A stretch of 64,000 bases of DNA. It comes from Eledone cirrhosa (taxonomy: Eukaryota). The translations under genes and the position numbers were made by a program. The stretch covers positions 17,484,001 through 17,548,000 of the forward strand of contig OZ024756.1 in NCBI GenBank assembly GCA_964016885.1. Reading direction: 5' to 3'. The notes beneath the pieces are model-generated. The model saw nothing but the letters and a program-made list of their open reading frames with translations, was not told the origin of the DNA and did not search any database. Numbering within the stretch: the first letter of the stretch is position 1; every line of letters begins with the position of its first letter. Positions 32,480-46,342 of this stretch are shown piece by piece.

Positions 32480-33185
32480 ATATATATATATATATATATG
32501 ATATATATATCATATATATATATATGATATATATATCATATATATATCATATATATATATCATATATATCATATATATATATATATATATCATATATATA
32601 TATATATCATCATATATATATAATATATATATATATCTATATATATATGATATATATATATATATATGATATATATATATATGATATATATATATATATA
32701 TATATATGATATATATATATGATATATATATGATATATATATGATATATATATGATATATATATATGATATATATATATGATATATATATGATATATATA
32801 TATATATGATATATATATATGATATATATATATATATATATGATATATATATGATATATATATATATATGATATATATATATATATATGATATATATATG
32901 ATATATATGATATATATATATATATATATATATCATATATATATATATATATATATGATATATATATATGATATATATATATATATATGATATATATATA
33001 TATATATGATATATATATATGATATATATATATATATATGATATATATATATCATATATATATATATATATATGATATATATATATATATGATATATATA
33101 TATATATGATATATATATATCACATATATATATATATGATATATATATATATATGATATATATATATCATATATATATATATATA

Positions 33186-33222
<37 letters not shown>

Positions 33223-33612
33223 ATATATATATATATATATGATATATATATATATGATATATATATATATGATATATATATATATGATATATATATATAT
33301 ATATATGATATATATATATGATATATATATATATGATATATATATATATATATATGATATATATATATGATATATATATATATGATATATATATATATGA
33401 TATATATATATATATATATGATATATATATATATATATATATATGATATATATGATATATATATATATATATATGATATATATATATATATATATGATAT
33501 ATATATATATATATATATATGATATATATATATATATATATATGATATATATATATGATATATATATATGATATATATATATATATATATATGATATATA
33601 TATATATATATG

Positions 33613-33645
<33 letters not shown>

Positions 33646-33700
33646 TATATGATATATATATATATATATGATATATATATATATATTACATACATATATA
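27865..33700. repeat. Long (TA)n-derived tracts (TACATATGTATG variant, then TATGA variant)
   Basis: Direct inspection; interrupted by a family C element at 29960-30300. Confidence 0.95.
29960..30300 (+). mobile_element. Family C pLTR with 5' fold-back and HHR at 30054-30102
   Basis: Palindrome TTGTTCTGTCCTACGCCATCTTGTTTTTG-T-CAAAAACAAGATGGCGTAGGGCAGAACAA, then GTCA-CTGAAGA...GAAA-GAAC-TT-TGAC. Confidence 0.85.
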
Positions 33701-33775
33701 CATGCATATTTGCATGTATAAATACGTACATATGCATACATCCATTCATACTCATAAAAAATAATTATAGTTTCC

Positions 33776-35166
33776 CCCACTTCATCAAACAACAGTGGCA
33801 CCATTTCATCAAACAACAGTGACACCACTTCATCAAACAACAGCTACAGTGACTCCACTTCACCAAACAACAGCTACAGTGACACCACTTCACCAAACAA
33901 CAGCTACAGTGACACCACTTCACCAAACAACAGCTACAGTGACACCACTTCACCAAACAACAGTTACAGTGACACCACTTCATCAAACAACAGCTACAGT
34001 GACTCCACTTCACCAAACAACAGCTACAGTGACTCCACTTCACCAAACAACAGCTACAGTGACTCCACTTCACCAAACAACAGCTACAGTGGTCCCACTT
34101 CACCAAACAACAGCTACAGTGACACCACTTCACCAAACAACAGCTACAGTGACACCACTTCACCAAACAACAGCTACAGTGACACCACTTCACCAAACAA
34201 CAGCTACAGTGACTCCACTTCACCAAACAACAGCTACAGTGACACCACTTCACCAAACAACAGTTACAGTGACTCCACTTCACCAAACAACAGCTACAGT
34301 GACTCCACTTCACCAAATAACAGCTACAGTGACACCACTTCACCAAACAACAGCTACAGTGACACCACTTCACCAAACAACAGCTACAGTGACTCCACTT
34401 CACCAAACAACAGCTACAGTGACTCCACTTCACCAAACAACAGCTACAGTGACACCACTTCACCAAACAACAGGTACAGTGACTCCACTTCACCAAAGAA
34501 CAGCTACAGTGACACCACTTCACCTAACAACAGCTACAGTGACACCACTTCACCAAACAACAGCTACAGTGACATCACTTCACCAAACAACAGCTACAGT
34601 GACTCCACTTCACCAAACAACAGCTACAGTGACTCCACTTCACCAAACAACAGCTACAGTGACACCACTTCACCAAACAACAGCTACAGTGACTCCACTT
34701 CACCAAACAACAGCTACAGTGACTCCACTTCACCAAACAACAGCTACAGTGACACCACTTCACCAAACAACAGTTACAGTGACACCACTTCACCAAACAA
34801 CAGCTACAGTGACTCCACTTCATCAAACAACAGCTACAGTGACTCCACTTCACCAAACAACAGCTACAGTGACACCACTTCACCAAACAACAGCTACAGT
34901 GACACCACTTCACCAAACAACAGCTACAGTGACACCACTTCACCAAACAACAGTTACAGTGACACCACTTCACCAAACAACAGCTACAGTGACTCCACTT
35001 CACCAAACAACAGCTACAGTGACACCACTTCACCAAACAACAGCTACAGTGACACCACTTCACCAAACAACAGCTACAGTGACTCCACTTCACCAAACAA
35101 CAGCTACAGTGACTCCACTTCACCAAACAACAGCTACAGTGACACCACTTCACCAAACAACAGCTA
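33776..35166. repeat. 30-bp minisatellite, about 46 copies
   Basis: Unit CAGCTACAGTGACWCCACTTCACCAAACAA. Confidence 0.97.
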
Positions 35167-35299
35167 ATGTTGCCCCATGTCAACTGTGACTGCAGGAGGG
35201 TTAGGTAGGCTCTGTTCTGTCATATCCTTCAAACCTTAGCTTTATTACTAAACTATTTCCTAGATCTCCATCGTCAACACTGATGAACCAGCCTCCAAC

Positions 35300-36375
35300 C
35301 CTTCAGTTTCCTCCTCCTCCATCTCTTTTTCTTCTTCCTCCACCACTTCAGTCTCTCCTTCATCTCCGACTCCTCCTCTTCTTCTTCCTCCTCCTCCCCT
35401 TCAGTCACTTCTTCCTCCACCTCTTCAGTCTCTCCTTCTCCTCCGCTGCCTCCTTCTCCCCTTCAGTTTCTTCTTCCTCCACCCCTTCAGTCTCTCCTTC
35501 TCATCCGCCTCCTCTTCTTCTTCCTACACTTCAGTCTCCTCCTCCTCATCATCATCTTCCACCTCTTCAGTCTCTCCTTCTCCTCCTCTTCTTCCACCTC
35601 TTCAGTCTCTCCTTCTCATCCTCCTCTTCAGTCTCTTCTTCCTCCACCCCTTCAGTCTCTCCTTCTCCTCCCCTTCTTCTTCCTCCTCTTCAGTCTCTTC
35701 TTCCTCCACCTCTTCAGTCTCTCCTTCTCCTCCCCTTCTTTCTCCTCTTCAGTCTCTTCTTCCTCCACCCCTTCAGTCTCTCCTTCTCCTCCTCTTCTTC
35801 CTCCACCTCTTCAGTCTCTCCTTCTCCCCCTTCTCCTCCACCTCTTCTCCTCCTCTTCAGTCTCTTCTTCATCCTCCTCTTCAGTCTCTTCTTCCTCTAC
35901 CTCTTTAGTCTCTCCTTCTCCCCCTCTTCTTCTCCCTCCTCTTCAGTCTCTTCTTCTTTCTCCACCTCTCCAGTCTCTCCTTCTCCCCCTTCTCTTCTCC
36001 TCCTCTTCCTCCACCTCTTCAATCTCTCCTCTCTCTCCTCCTCTCCCCTTCTCTTCTCTCAACAATTTCAACATTTCTTCCACGTCTTCTGCGGTATCAA
36101 TCTCTTGCTGTTCTTCGTTGGTGATTTATGATGATAGCCTCATAATGATGATAGTGGTGGAGGTGGTGGTGGTGGTGGTGGTGGTGGTAGCGGCGGTGGT
36201 GGTGGTGGTGGTGGTGGTGGTGGTAGCGGCGGTTGTGGTGGTGATAGCGGTGGTGGTGGAGGTGATGGTGGTGGTGGTAGCGGCGGTTGTGGTGGTGATA
36301 GTGGTGGTGGTGGAGGTGATGGTGGTGGTGCCGACCTCCCCCCCGTCCTTCCCCCACCACCACCACCACCACTAC
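35300..36375. repeat. Pyrimidine-rich repeat (recurring TTCAGTCTCT), then (GGT)n
   Basis: Direct inspection. Confidence 0.85.
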
Positions 36376-36604
36376 AGCAACAGCCAATAAGATTATCAAA
36401 GAAGAAATAAGAGGATTCAAAGCGACTAAGGAAGAATTATTGTTTTCTTAAACAAGAAAAAAAAAAAAAAAAATTGAAGATCCAAGATAGAAATAAAAAA
36501 AAAATAGAGGTGTGTGTGTGTGGGGGGGGGGGGGATATGTAGAGAAACATAGAGACAATGAAAGATATATATAGGTAGATAGATAGTTAGGTTGGTAGAT
36601 AGAT

Positions 36605-37428
36605 ATCTTTCTTTATTTGCCACAGGGGTGTACACAAATGGGACATTACAAGACGCGACGGCGAAGGTTTTACATAAAAATCATATAACTTTAACATTAA
36701 TAAATAACAATAAACTATATATAATAAAATAACAATTGAAATCCCCAATAGGGGGGAACGTTACTGCAGGGTTGTTTTACACCCCGTGGATAGCACAACC
36801 CTCAACACCAGGAACACGTTTTGTAGGTGTTCCTGTCTTCCCTCTGTTTATCTTCCTCAACCTACAGGTTTATATACAGAAAAGGCCCATTCACTAGGGC
36901 CATTTTCGCCACATTCACCCCCACCTTTCAGCGAATTTACTGGGGTGTAGCTTCTCCCTCTTCACTCTCACCTTCCTTCTGAAGTTTTAGGGAGGTAGAT
37001 AGGTAGATAGATAGATAGATAGGTAGGTAGATAGATAGGTCGATAGATAGGTAGATAGATAGATAGATAGATAGATAGGTAGGTAGATAGATAGATAGAT
37101 AGATAGGTAGGTAGACAGGTTGGTTGATAGATAGAGAGGTAGCTAGATAGATAATAGATAGATAGATAGATAAATAGATAGGTAACTAGATAAAAAGATA
37201 ATAGATGGTAGCTAGATAGATATATTTCTTTATTAGCCACAAGGGCGCACAAGAACAGGGGACAATACAAAGACTGCCGGAGATTTTACATACAGTCGTG
37301 TAACAAATATAAAAACAAACAATTACAACAATCGAAATCCCCAATAGGAGGGAAGCGCCACAAATGGGTTGTTTAATACCCCGTAGATAGAACCACCCTC
37401 AACTTCAGGAGCGTGTTGTGCAAGTGCA
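36605..37428 (-). mobile_element. Two more 3' fragments of the (GATA)n-associated Tx1-like element (36605-36990 and 37222-37428)
   Basis: Homologous to 26390-26700 (TTTATTAGCCACAAGGGCGCACAAG...GAAATCCCCAATAGG), embedded in (TAGA)n. Confidence 0.65.
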
Positions 37429-37448
37429 GCTAGACAGACAGACAGACA

Positions 37449-37515
<67 letters not shown>

Positions 37516-37643
37516 TTGTGTATAATGGTAGCTATGGTGCTTTCATAGGCGGTATGCCAAAACTAGCACTCAATATTCATACAGAGTAGAGTGTGGATAG
37601 TATAAAAAAACGAAAAATGCATCACTGATTTTTCGTTTTTTTA

Positions 37644-37746
<103 letters not shown>

Positions 37747-38195
37747 AATGTAGGTAGGAAGATAGATAGATAGACATAGACCGACACACAGACAAACAGA
37801 CATATAGATAGATAAAAAGAATGAAACTAACAAACAAACAAAAAGATAAAAAAATGGAAAGAAAGTACAAGAAAGAAAAAGACGCAGTAATAAATATAAG
37901 AATAACCAAGAACCCCCCCCCCCCCACAATAACACAAAGAGGGTTAATAAATAAATAAATAAATAAATAAATAACTAAATGATTGAAACGCAGACGATTG
38001 CTAGAATAATGTGAGCAGTGTTAAGAGAATGTGTAGGTTTTCCAGTGAAAAATATATGGAACGAAGATAATCGCTTTAATAGCTGAGATTATACAATCAA
38101 TTCTCCTCGTTTTGTTTCTTCTTCGTCTGAACAGAAAATATCGAATTCTTATAACTTCCGGTCAAAACTAGAGTTCACTCGGTAAATTGGGCTTG

Positions 38196-38250
<55 letters not shown>

Positions 38251-38290
38251 AGTGTATATATGTATATATATATATACACACACACACACA

Positions 38291-38332
<42 letters not shown>

Positions 38333-38485
38333 TGTATATATATATATATATATATAAGTGTATATATGTATATATATATATACACACACACACACTCATA
38401 TATATATATATATATATATGTAAGTGTATATATATATATATGAGTGTGTGTGTCTGTATATATATATATATATATATATACACTT

Positions 38486-38535
<50 letters not shown>

Positions 38536-38553
38536 TTTGTGTGTGTGCGTGTG

Positions 38554-38586
<33 letters not shown>

Positions 38587-39778
38587 GTATCATCATCATC
38601 ATCATCGTCGTCATATCATCGCCATTATTATTTATTTTTAAGTCATTTTCGGTTCAGAAACCATTTAAATAATTGTGTTGCGATTTACATATGATAGAAT
38701 TACTTGTTAGAGTGTTGTTTGACTTTCGAGAATAAATACACGATTGGGGCGATTCTACATCAGAGTTTTAGAATTAATCAGAATTTCAACCCTTTGACCT
38801 CACTAGTATTTTTTTGTGGGGTTGGGAGTAGTTTTCTAAAGCCGTGGCCGCTGTCTTTCTTCTGTGAACTAAATACCTTTATTTTAGAAATACGTTTTAC
38901 TTGTAACGCTTCTCTCCTGACATCCTTATTTGAAATTTGCATTAAAGGAAATAATCACCGTATCCTGATTATTCTTTGATTAAGTTTAAGCGAACAGCGG
39001 GTAATACAACTGGAATCAATGCTTGCTTAACTGGATTCGATGACAAAAATTAATCATAAACGATCGACAGAGAGGCTTTATTGAAATCCCATCAGACTCG
39101 CAGAGAACACATTAGTTAAGAGATTAAGAAGAATTACTATCGTAACGGCATAATTCCCTTAAGAAAATATCAATAGGAAACAACAATAACATCAACAAAT
39201 ATTTTCTAACTTTGGACAGAGGTGTTTCAAAAAAGAAAAAGATAAAGAAAAAAAAAATGTCCGCTACATCAATGTAGTAGGAATTTATTCAGTGCAAATA
39301 TGTCTACACTGCTAGCAAGATATTTGTGTGATTTACATGAAAACTAAGCTTGAAATTATTCAATATCATTTCTTTCATTCATCTTTCTTTCAGTTAGTTT
39401 TCTCTATATATATCGCTTTCCTATCTCGTTCCATCTATCGATCGTTCTCTCATCCTTTCTTTCTCCCTTACTTTCTTTCTCAATTCTCTCTCTGTCTCTG
39501 TATTATATATATATATATATACCCTGTATTTCTCCCTTATATATCTATCTCTAGATATATCCCTCATACTTCCCCGTCTTTTTCTACTGTTCTCTTTGAT
39601 ATTATTTCTTCATCGTTCCCATTGGATAATAGTTATTCTTCTGTCTGTTCGTCTGTTCTTCTTCTAATGTCTTGTAAGCTCTCTCCCCTCTCTCTCTATA
39701 TATATATATATATTTACATACATACAAATCTCTCTCTCTCTATATATATATACACACACATATATATATGTATGTATG

Positions 39779-39826
<48 letters not shown>

Positions 39827-39845
39827 CATATATAAGTAAACATGC

Positions 39846-39935
<90 letters not shown>

Positions 39936-40229
39936 CACCTTTCCTTTTGTCAGCCTATAAAAACTGACGGCCGGCAAACGTCAAAGCCAATTTGTTTTTA
40001 TATGTCTTTAGAGATGCAAACATCTAAACACGCCAAACTGTTGTACTTAAAATATGCCTGATCAATATTCTCCATTTTAATGTCACTAAAACTTTACCTT
40101 CCGCCATTTTGTTTCTTCCTCTTGAGTCAATGAATCAGGTTTTGACCATTTAATCTGGCCACGACACAATCGAGCTAATCTCTAAATTGATATTTTCTTC
40201 CTGTCAATTATATGTGTGTATGTATGTAG

Positions 40230-40270
<41 letters not shown>

Positions 40271-40274
<4 letters not shown>

Positions 40275-40456
40275 AGAGTCAGGACCCCGACAGCTGAGCT
40301 CCGGCCGCTTCGACAGCTAGATCCGAACTAAACCAGTAATATTCATACTGATTTAGTTCGGATCTAGCTGTCGATCCTATTACCCACTCTACTACCTTAA
40401 GTATCGAGTACTCTGGTGCGTTATGGTCCATCTGGTTCCTTACCACACTTTCTTTG

Positions 40457-40525
<69 letters not shown>

Positions 40526-40725
40526 TGCGCGCGTGTGTGTATAGAAATTACATCTAGAGGACTAGATCTGTTTCATTCGTATAAAATCACCAGGAATGAT
40601 GATTTCATACGAATGAAACAGTTCTAGTCCTGTGGAAGTCATTTCTATATAAAATTTCGAAAAATGTCTATACTCCACTAATGCATTGAGTACCTTTTTT
40701 TAAAACTGTGGTTACCCCACGACAC
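40271..40725 (+). mobile_element. Family A copy (40271-40460) and family B copy (40541-40725), both with fold-backs
   Basis: Homology to 555-750 and 2398-2573. HHR remnant TGATGA...GAAACAGTTCTAGTCCTG at about 40597-40640. Confidence 0.7.
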
Positions 40726-41158
40726 AACTTTCTCCGCATTTAACATTTTTCAATTTTCTGCTAAATCATTACAAGATATTAAAAAGTTGATTAACAACCT
40801 TCCATACACGATATTTAGAAAAAAATGACTACCTCACACTAACAATTAAAGTCTTTACTCTGAAACTCCAAATTTTCACAACAATCCATTCATTAGTAAA
40901 GACACTATAAACATTTGAATTAACAAAGGTGCTTTTAGATATTTTCTGCTTAATCATTATAAGATTTTTGATTCAGGCACAATTTTTGGGGAGGAGAAAT
41001 TCGATTAAATTGACCCCAGTGCATTACTGGTACTTTATTTTATTGACTCCGTCAGGATGAAAGACAAAGCTAATCTCAGCAGGATTTGAATTCAGATCGA
41101 AACAATTGTAATATGCAAATAAAGTTTGTACATATGCTGCAACACTGACTTCAACTCT

Positions 41159-41247
<89 letters not shown>

Positions 41248-41762
41248 GTGGCGGTGTGCGTTTGTACATTCAGTCATCACTTTTGCTTCGTTATTGTACG
41301 GACACGATGATTTTAACACACTGTTGACATCTCAGCTTTTGCTGCATAATTGCTGTCTATGTATGACTAAAGAGCTGAAACCACATATTCTGTCGTTGTT
41401 ATAATTCCATGGCTTTATCTCTATGACAACCATATTTCTATAGAAACTATATTCTTGAAGAAGGATATGGCTTCGCCGCTTCCATAATCAAATTGATTAT
41501 AAACTTCAAACAGAAATGTCAAACATCGCCGACTCTGATTCATGTACAACTATCACTCTCTCTCTCTCTCTCCATATATATATATATTATATATATATAT
41601 ATATATAAATCAAATTAAAAATGCGAGGAAATAATAGACAAAAATATACGCATTTTTTTTCTTCAAAGTCCCGACTGCAGTTTCGCCGAATTGCTTTGCG
41701 GCTATTATGCAAAACGGTAATTGGGCAAAACTGATCAAGGCCGGTGGTGCGCGCGCACACAT

Positions 41763-41822
<60 letters not shown>

Positions 41823-42071
41823 ATATATAGAGAGAGTCTGCGGTGTTGAGATCCAGGAGACTACTAATCATGGGAATACTCAATGCATGGGCGGGATGCA
41901 GAGTCGGTATATCTCTATGCCTTTATATATATATATATATTCATATATATATATATATATATTTATATTCATATATATATATATATATAAATATTTTCCA
42001 TCTTGACGTAATAGTCACTTATATGTATGAATTACTGTTGGCTTCTTGCTCACATTAATTTCTCTATTTTC

Positions 42072-42121
<50 letters not shown>

Positions 42122-42126
<5 letters not shown>

Positions 42127-42648
42127 AAAGTGGATGAATACTTCAACAGGCACTAAGTACTTGTAGAAATATGCAAGGTGTTTATAATATTTGTGGTTCG
42201 ATGGTACTAATTTGAGATACCAGAACAATATAAAAAGATCGGTTATCAAACAATTCTCTAAATAAATTAAAAAACGATTTAAATAATCACCTGTTCAATT
42301 GCTGTTACCAACGGTTTCACCATTCCCAAAATTGGAAATCCAGAGAATTTCCAATGGAAAGAAATGGATCTGCAGACAGCTTATTTCCATACTATAAGGT
42401 TGCCAGCCTTACAGCAAGTAAATATTTCGCTTCCTGCCCAACGCATGCGGCCAAGCCGTTAAAATGACACACACGCAAAATCAGGTCGCAGATAATAGCT
42501 GTTTATTATAAACATGTTGATACTGCCACTAAAACTAGCAGCATTATTCAACGTTTTGTTCTCTACATAAGGAGAAAAATTATAAAAGTGGATGAATACT
42601 TCAACAGGCACTAAGAACTTGTAGAAATATGCAAGGTGTTTATAATAT
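42122..42648 (-). mobile_element. pLTR unit of about 460 bp with a 68-bp terminal direct repeat and a type I HHR (42301-42380)
   Basis: Direct repeat TATAAAAGTGGATGAATACTTC... at 42122 and 42581. Minus strand GCTGT-CTGCAGA-TCCATT...long stem II...AATGGT-GAAA-CC-GTT-GG-TA-ACAGC. Confidence 0.7.
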
Positions 42649-43180
42649 GAGACCATCGGAAAACCATTAGTAGAAGACTGGAGCAAGAAGAAACAAAGTG
42701 TCTTGCTCAAGGAGGAGGCAACGCAATCGGGCGACTGAGACCATCGGAAAACGATTAGTAGAAGACTGGAGCAGGAAGAAACAAAGTGTCTTGCTCAAGG
42801 AGGAGGCAACGCAATCGGGCGACTGAGACCATCGGAAAACGATTAGTAGAAGACTTGAACAGGAAGAAACAAAGTGTCTTGCTCAAGGAGGCAACGCAAT
42901 CGGGCGACTGAGACCATCGGAAAACGATTAGTAGAAGACTGGAACAGGAAGAAACAAAGTGTCTTGCTCAAGAAGGAGGCAACGCAATCGGGCGACTGAG
43001 ACCATCGGAAAACGATTAGTAGAAGACTGGAGCAGGAAGAAACAAAGTGTCTTGCTCAAGGAGGAGGCAACGCAATCGGGCGACTGAGACCATCGGAAAA
43101 CCATTAGTAGAAGACTGGAACAGGAAGAAACAAAGTGTTTTGCTCAAGGAGGCAACGCAATCGGGCGACTGAGACAATCG
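42649..43180. repeat. Minisatellite of about 88 bp x6 containing a CORE-SINE-like segment
   Basis: Unit contains AAAGTGTCTTGCTCAAGGA, also present in the SINE at 46731-46830. Confidence 0.85.
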
Positions 43181-44079
43181 CTGAGGAAGCGAAATCTGAA
43201 AAGAGCCAGTTCAAATATTGCCAACAATTTAATCTGACATTCAAATCATTTATTTAGATATTTTTCGATCGAATTAATCATAAAATGGTGTCGTTCTATT
43301 CCTATCAATACTTTCTGATATACAATATGTATCAAAAATAAAATAAAATAAACAATTTATATGAATGTATTTAATATTCTCTCTCTCTCTTTCTCTCTCT
43401 ATCTATCAATTTATCTATCTATCCACCCACCCATCTATATGTCGAGCCCATTATCAATCACGTGTGTGTGTGTGTGTGCGTGTGCGTGTGTGTGCGTGTG
43501 CGTGTGCGTGTGCGTGTGTGTGTGTGTACGTTATTTTGCAATAAACTAGAAATACGTTAAACCGTTTATTTTCCTGTTTCCGTCGCTGCCACCATCACCA
43601 CCACTCACCGCCATCATTAATCGTCGCCATCAACATCATCACCATTCGCCACTAATGGAATATCCACAGTCGAATTAAATGGTTGAACAAACATTGCAAG
43701 AGCTAGAGATATGCCTTATAGCTATTAATTAGCCAGACTAAATTGGAAGAAGAAGAAGAAGAAGAAGAAGAAGGAGAAGGAGAAGAAGACAAATCCCATT
43801 AGTTTACTCTTTAAAACTGGTTGATTTCTTATGTAATCACAAAAAACTGATCTAGATATATATAATTCTTTCTAAGATTGGCTCAAGGCCAACAATTTCG
43901 AGATCATATCAGTTATGTAGATTATATCGACCACATTACATAACTGGTACTTTATTTCATCGATTCCAGAAGGAAGTTTGATCTCTGAACGTAGAAAGAC
44001 ATAAGTAAATGCCGCAAAACATTTCCCCCAACGTTCCAACAATTCTGTCAGTTCAGCTCCATATTCTAGCCATGTAATG

Positions 44080-45252
44080 GTGTCTGATTTAGAGACAAGG
44101 CCAACAATTTTAGAGGAGGGGAAAATTGATTAAATCGATCCCCAGTGCATTACTGGTACTTCATTTTATCGAGCCCAGTGCATTGCTGGTACTTCATTTT
44201 ATCGAGCCCAGTGCATTGCTGGTACTTCATTTTAGCGACCTCAGTACATTACTGGTACTTTATTTTATCGAGCCCAGTGCATTGCTGGTACTTCATTTTA
44301 TCGAGCCCAGTGCATTGCTGGTACATCATTTTATCGAGCCCAGTGCATTGCTGGTACTTCATTTTATCGAGCCCAGTGCATTACTGGTACTTCATTTTAG
44401 CGACCTCAGTGCATTACTGGTACTTTATTTTATCGAGCCCAGTGCATTGCTGGTACTTCATTTTATCGAGCTCAGTGGATTACTGGTACTTTATTTTATC
44501 GAGCTCAGTGCATTACTGGTACTTTATTTTATCGAGCCCAGTGCATTACTGGTACTTCATTTTATCGAGCCCAGTGCATTGCTGGTACTTCATTTTATCG
44601 AGCCCAGTGCATTACTGGTACTTCATTTTAGCGACCTCAGTGCATTACTGGTACTTTATTTTATCGAGCCCAGTGCATTGCTGGTACTTCATTTTATCGA
44701 GCCCAGTGCATTACTGGTACTTCATTTTAGCGACCTCAGTGCATTACTGGTACTTTATTTTATCGAGCCCAGTGCATTGCTGGTACTTCATTTTATCGAG
44801 CTCAGTGGATTACTGGTACTTTATTTTATCGAGCTCAGTGCATTACTGGTACTTTATTTTATCGAGCCCAGTGCATTACTGGTACTTCATTTTATCGAGC
44901 TCAGTGGATTACTGGTACTTTATTTTATCGAGCTCAGTGCATTACTGGTACTTTATTTTATCGAGCCCAGTGCATTACTGGTACTTTATTTTATCGAGCT
45001 CAGTGCATTACTGGTACTTTATTTTATCGAGCTCAGTGCATTACTGGTACTTTATTTTATCGAGCCCAGTGCATTACTGGTACTTCATTTTATCGAGCCC
45101 AGTGCATTACTGGTACTTCATTTTATCGATCCCGTAAGGATGAAAGGCAAAGCTAACCTCGGCGGGATTTGAACTCAGAACGTAAAGGGCCGTAACTCTA
45201 TGCTACACAGCTTGTTGTCCGGCGCCGTACCGATACTACCAACCCGCCGCCC
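44080..45252 (-). repeat. Nin-like SINE with an internal 33-bp unit amplified about 30 times
   Basis: Unit CCCAGTGCATTACTGGTACTTYATTTTATCGAG, flanked by the SINE 3' part (44080-44140) and 5' part (45130-45252). Confidence 0.9.
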
Positions 45253-45434
45253 TTATATTCTAGATATATAATAATAAAAAAAAAGTAAAAGAGAAGTTGA
45301 GTCCTTCATGCCGTTCTGGATGGTATTATGAGGGGAAAGGGAATAAGTTACCCTGCGTTGGGAATCTTAAAACATGGAAGTCGGGTGGCAACGTCTGCTC
45401 CCTGGACGTCATAGCTCTGTTTGGGTGGGAGACG

Positions 45435-45562
45435 ATGAGGAGGGCGATGAGGGCGATGATCAAGATAATGGCGGCGACGACGGCGATGATGATGATGATG
45501 ATGACGGCGATGATGATGATGACGGCGGTGATGACAACGGCGATGATGATGATGATGGCGGC

Positions 45563-45657
<95 letters not shown>

Positions 45658-45661
45658 CGGC

Positions 45662-45696
<35 letters not shown>

Positions 45697-46050
45697 CGGC
45701 GATGATGATGATGATGATGACGGCGATGATGATGATGACGGCGATGATGATGATGACGGCGATGACGACAGCAATGATGACGACGACGATGACGATCAAG
45801 ATGGTGATGACGACGATGATGATGATGACGACGACGATGATGATGATGACGATAATGACGACGATAATGATGATGACGATGATGATGACGACGATAATGA
45901 TGAGACGACGATGATGATGATGACGATAATGATGATGATGACGATGATGATGACGACGACGAAGATAATAATGACGATAATGATGACGACGATGATGATG
46001 ATGACGATAATGATGATGACGATAATGATGATGACGATGATGATGACGAT
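45435..46050. repeat. (GAT/GAC)n trinucleotide repeat
   Basis: Direct inspection. Confidence 0.95.
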
Positions 46051-46342
46051 ATGGACCATTGGTCCATCTCAGTCCTTGTATTTTAAATGTTTATATATAA
46101 TTTTTATAATTTTTCCATAATCGTTGACTCCATTCCATATTTTCCTATCCAGGTAACAGTGACATATCGATCATAACACACGCGACATTCAGTTATGATT
46201 GATTATATCCGGCCGCTCAATTGATTAAGATCTCCCCGTTGGTAAGGACCGCCATTTCCTCTAGTCCTATAGTGTAACTTCCTCGCCAGTTGTTTTCAGT
46301 TCTAGAGAAACACGCTTTTTAATGTTAAATTATTAACAACAA

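Noticed and set aside
33795-35189. Mucin-like or Cys-rich repeat protein
   Set aside because: 30-bp minisatellite open on both strands, with no signal peptide or supported splice context.
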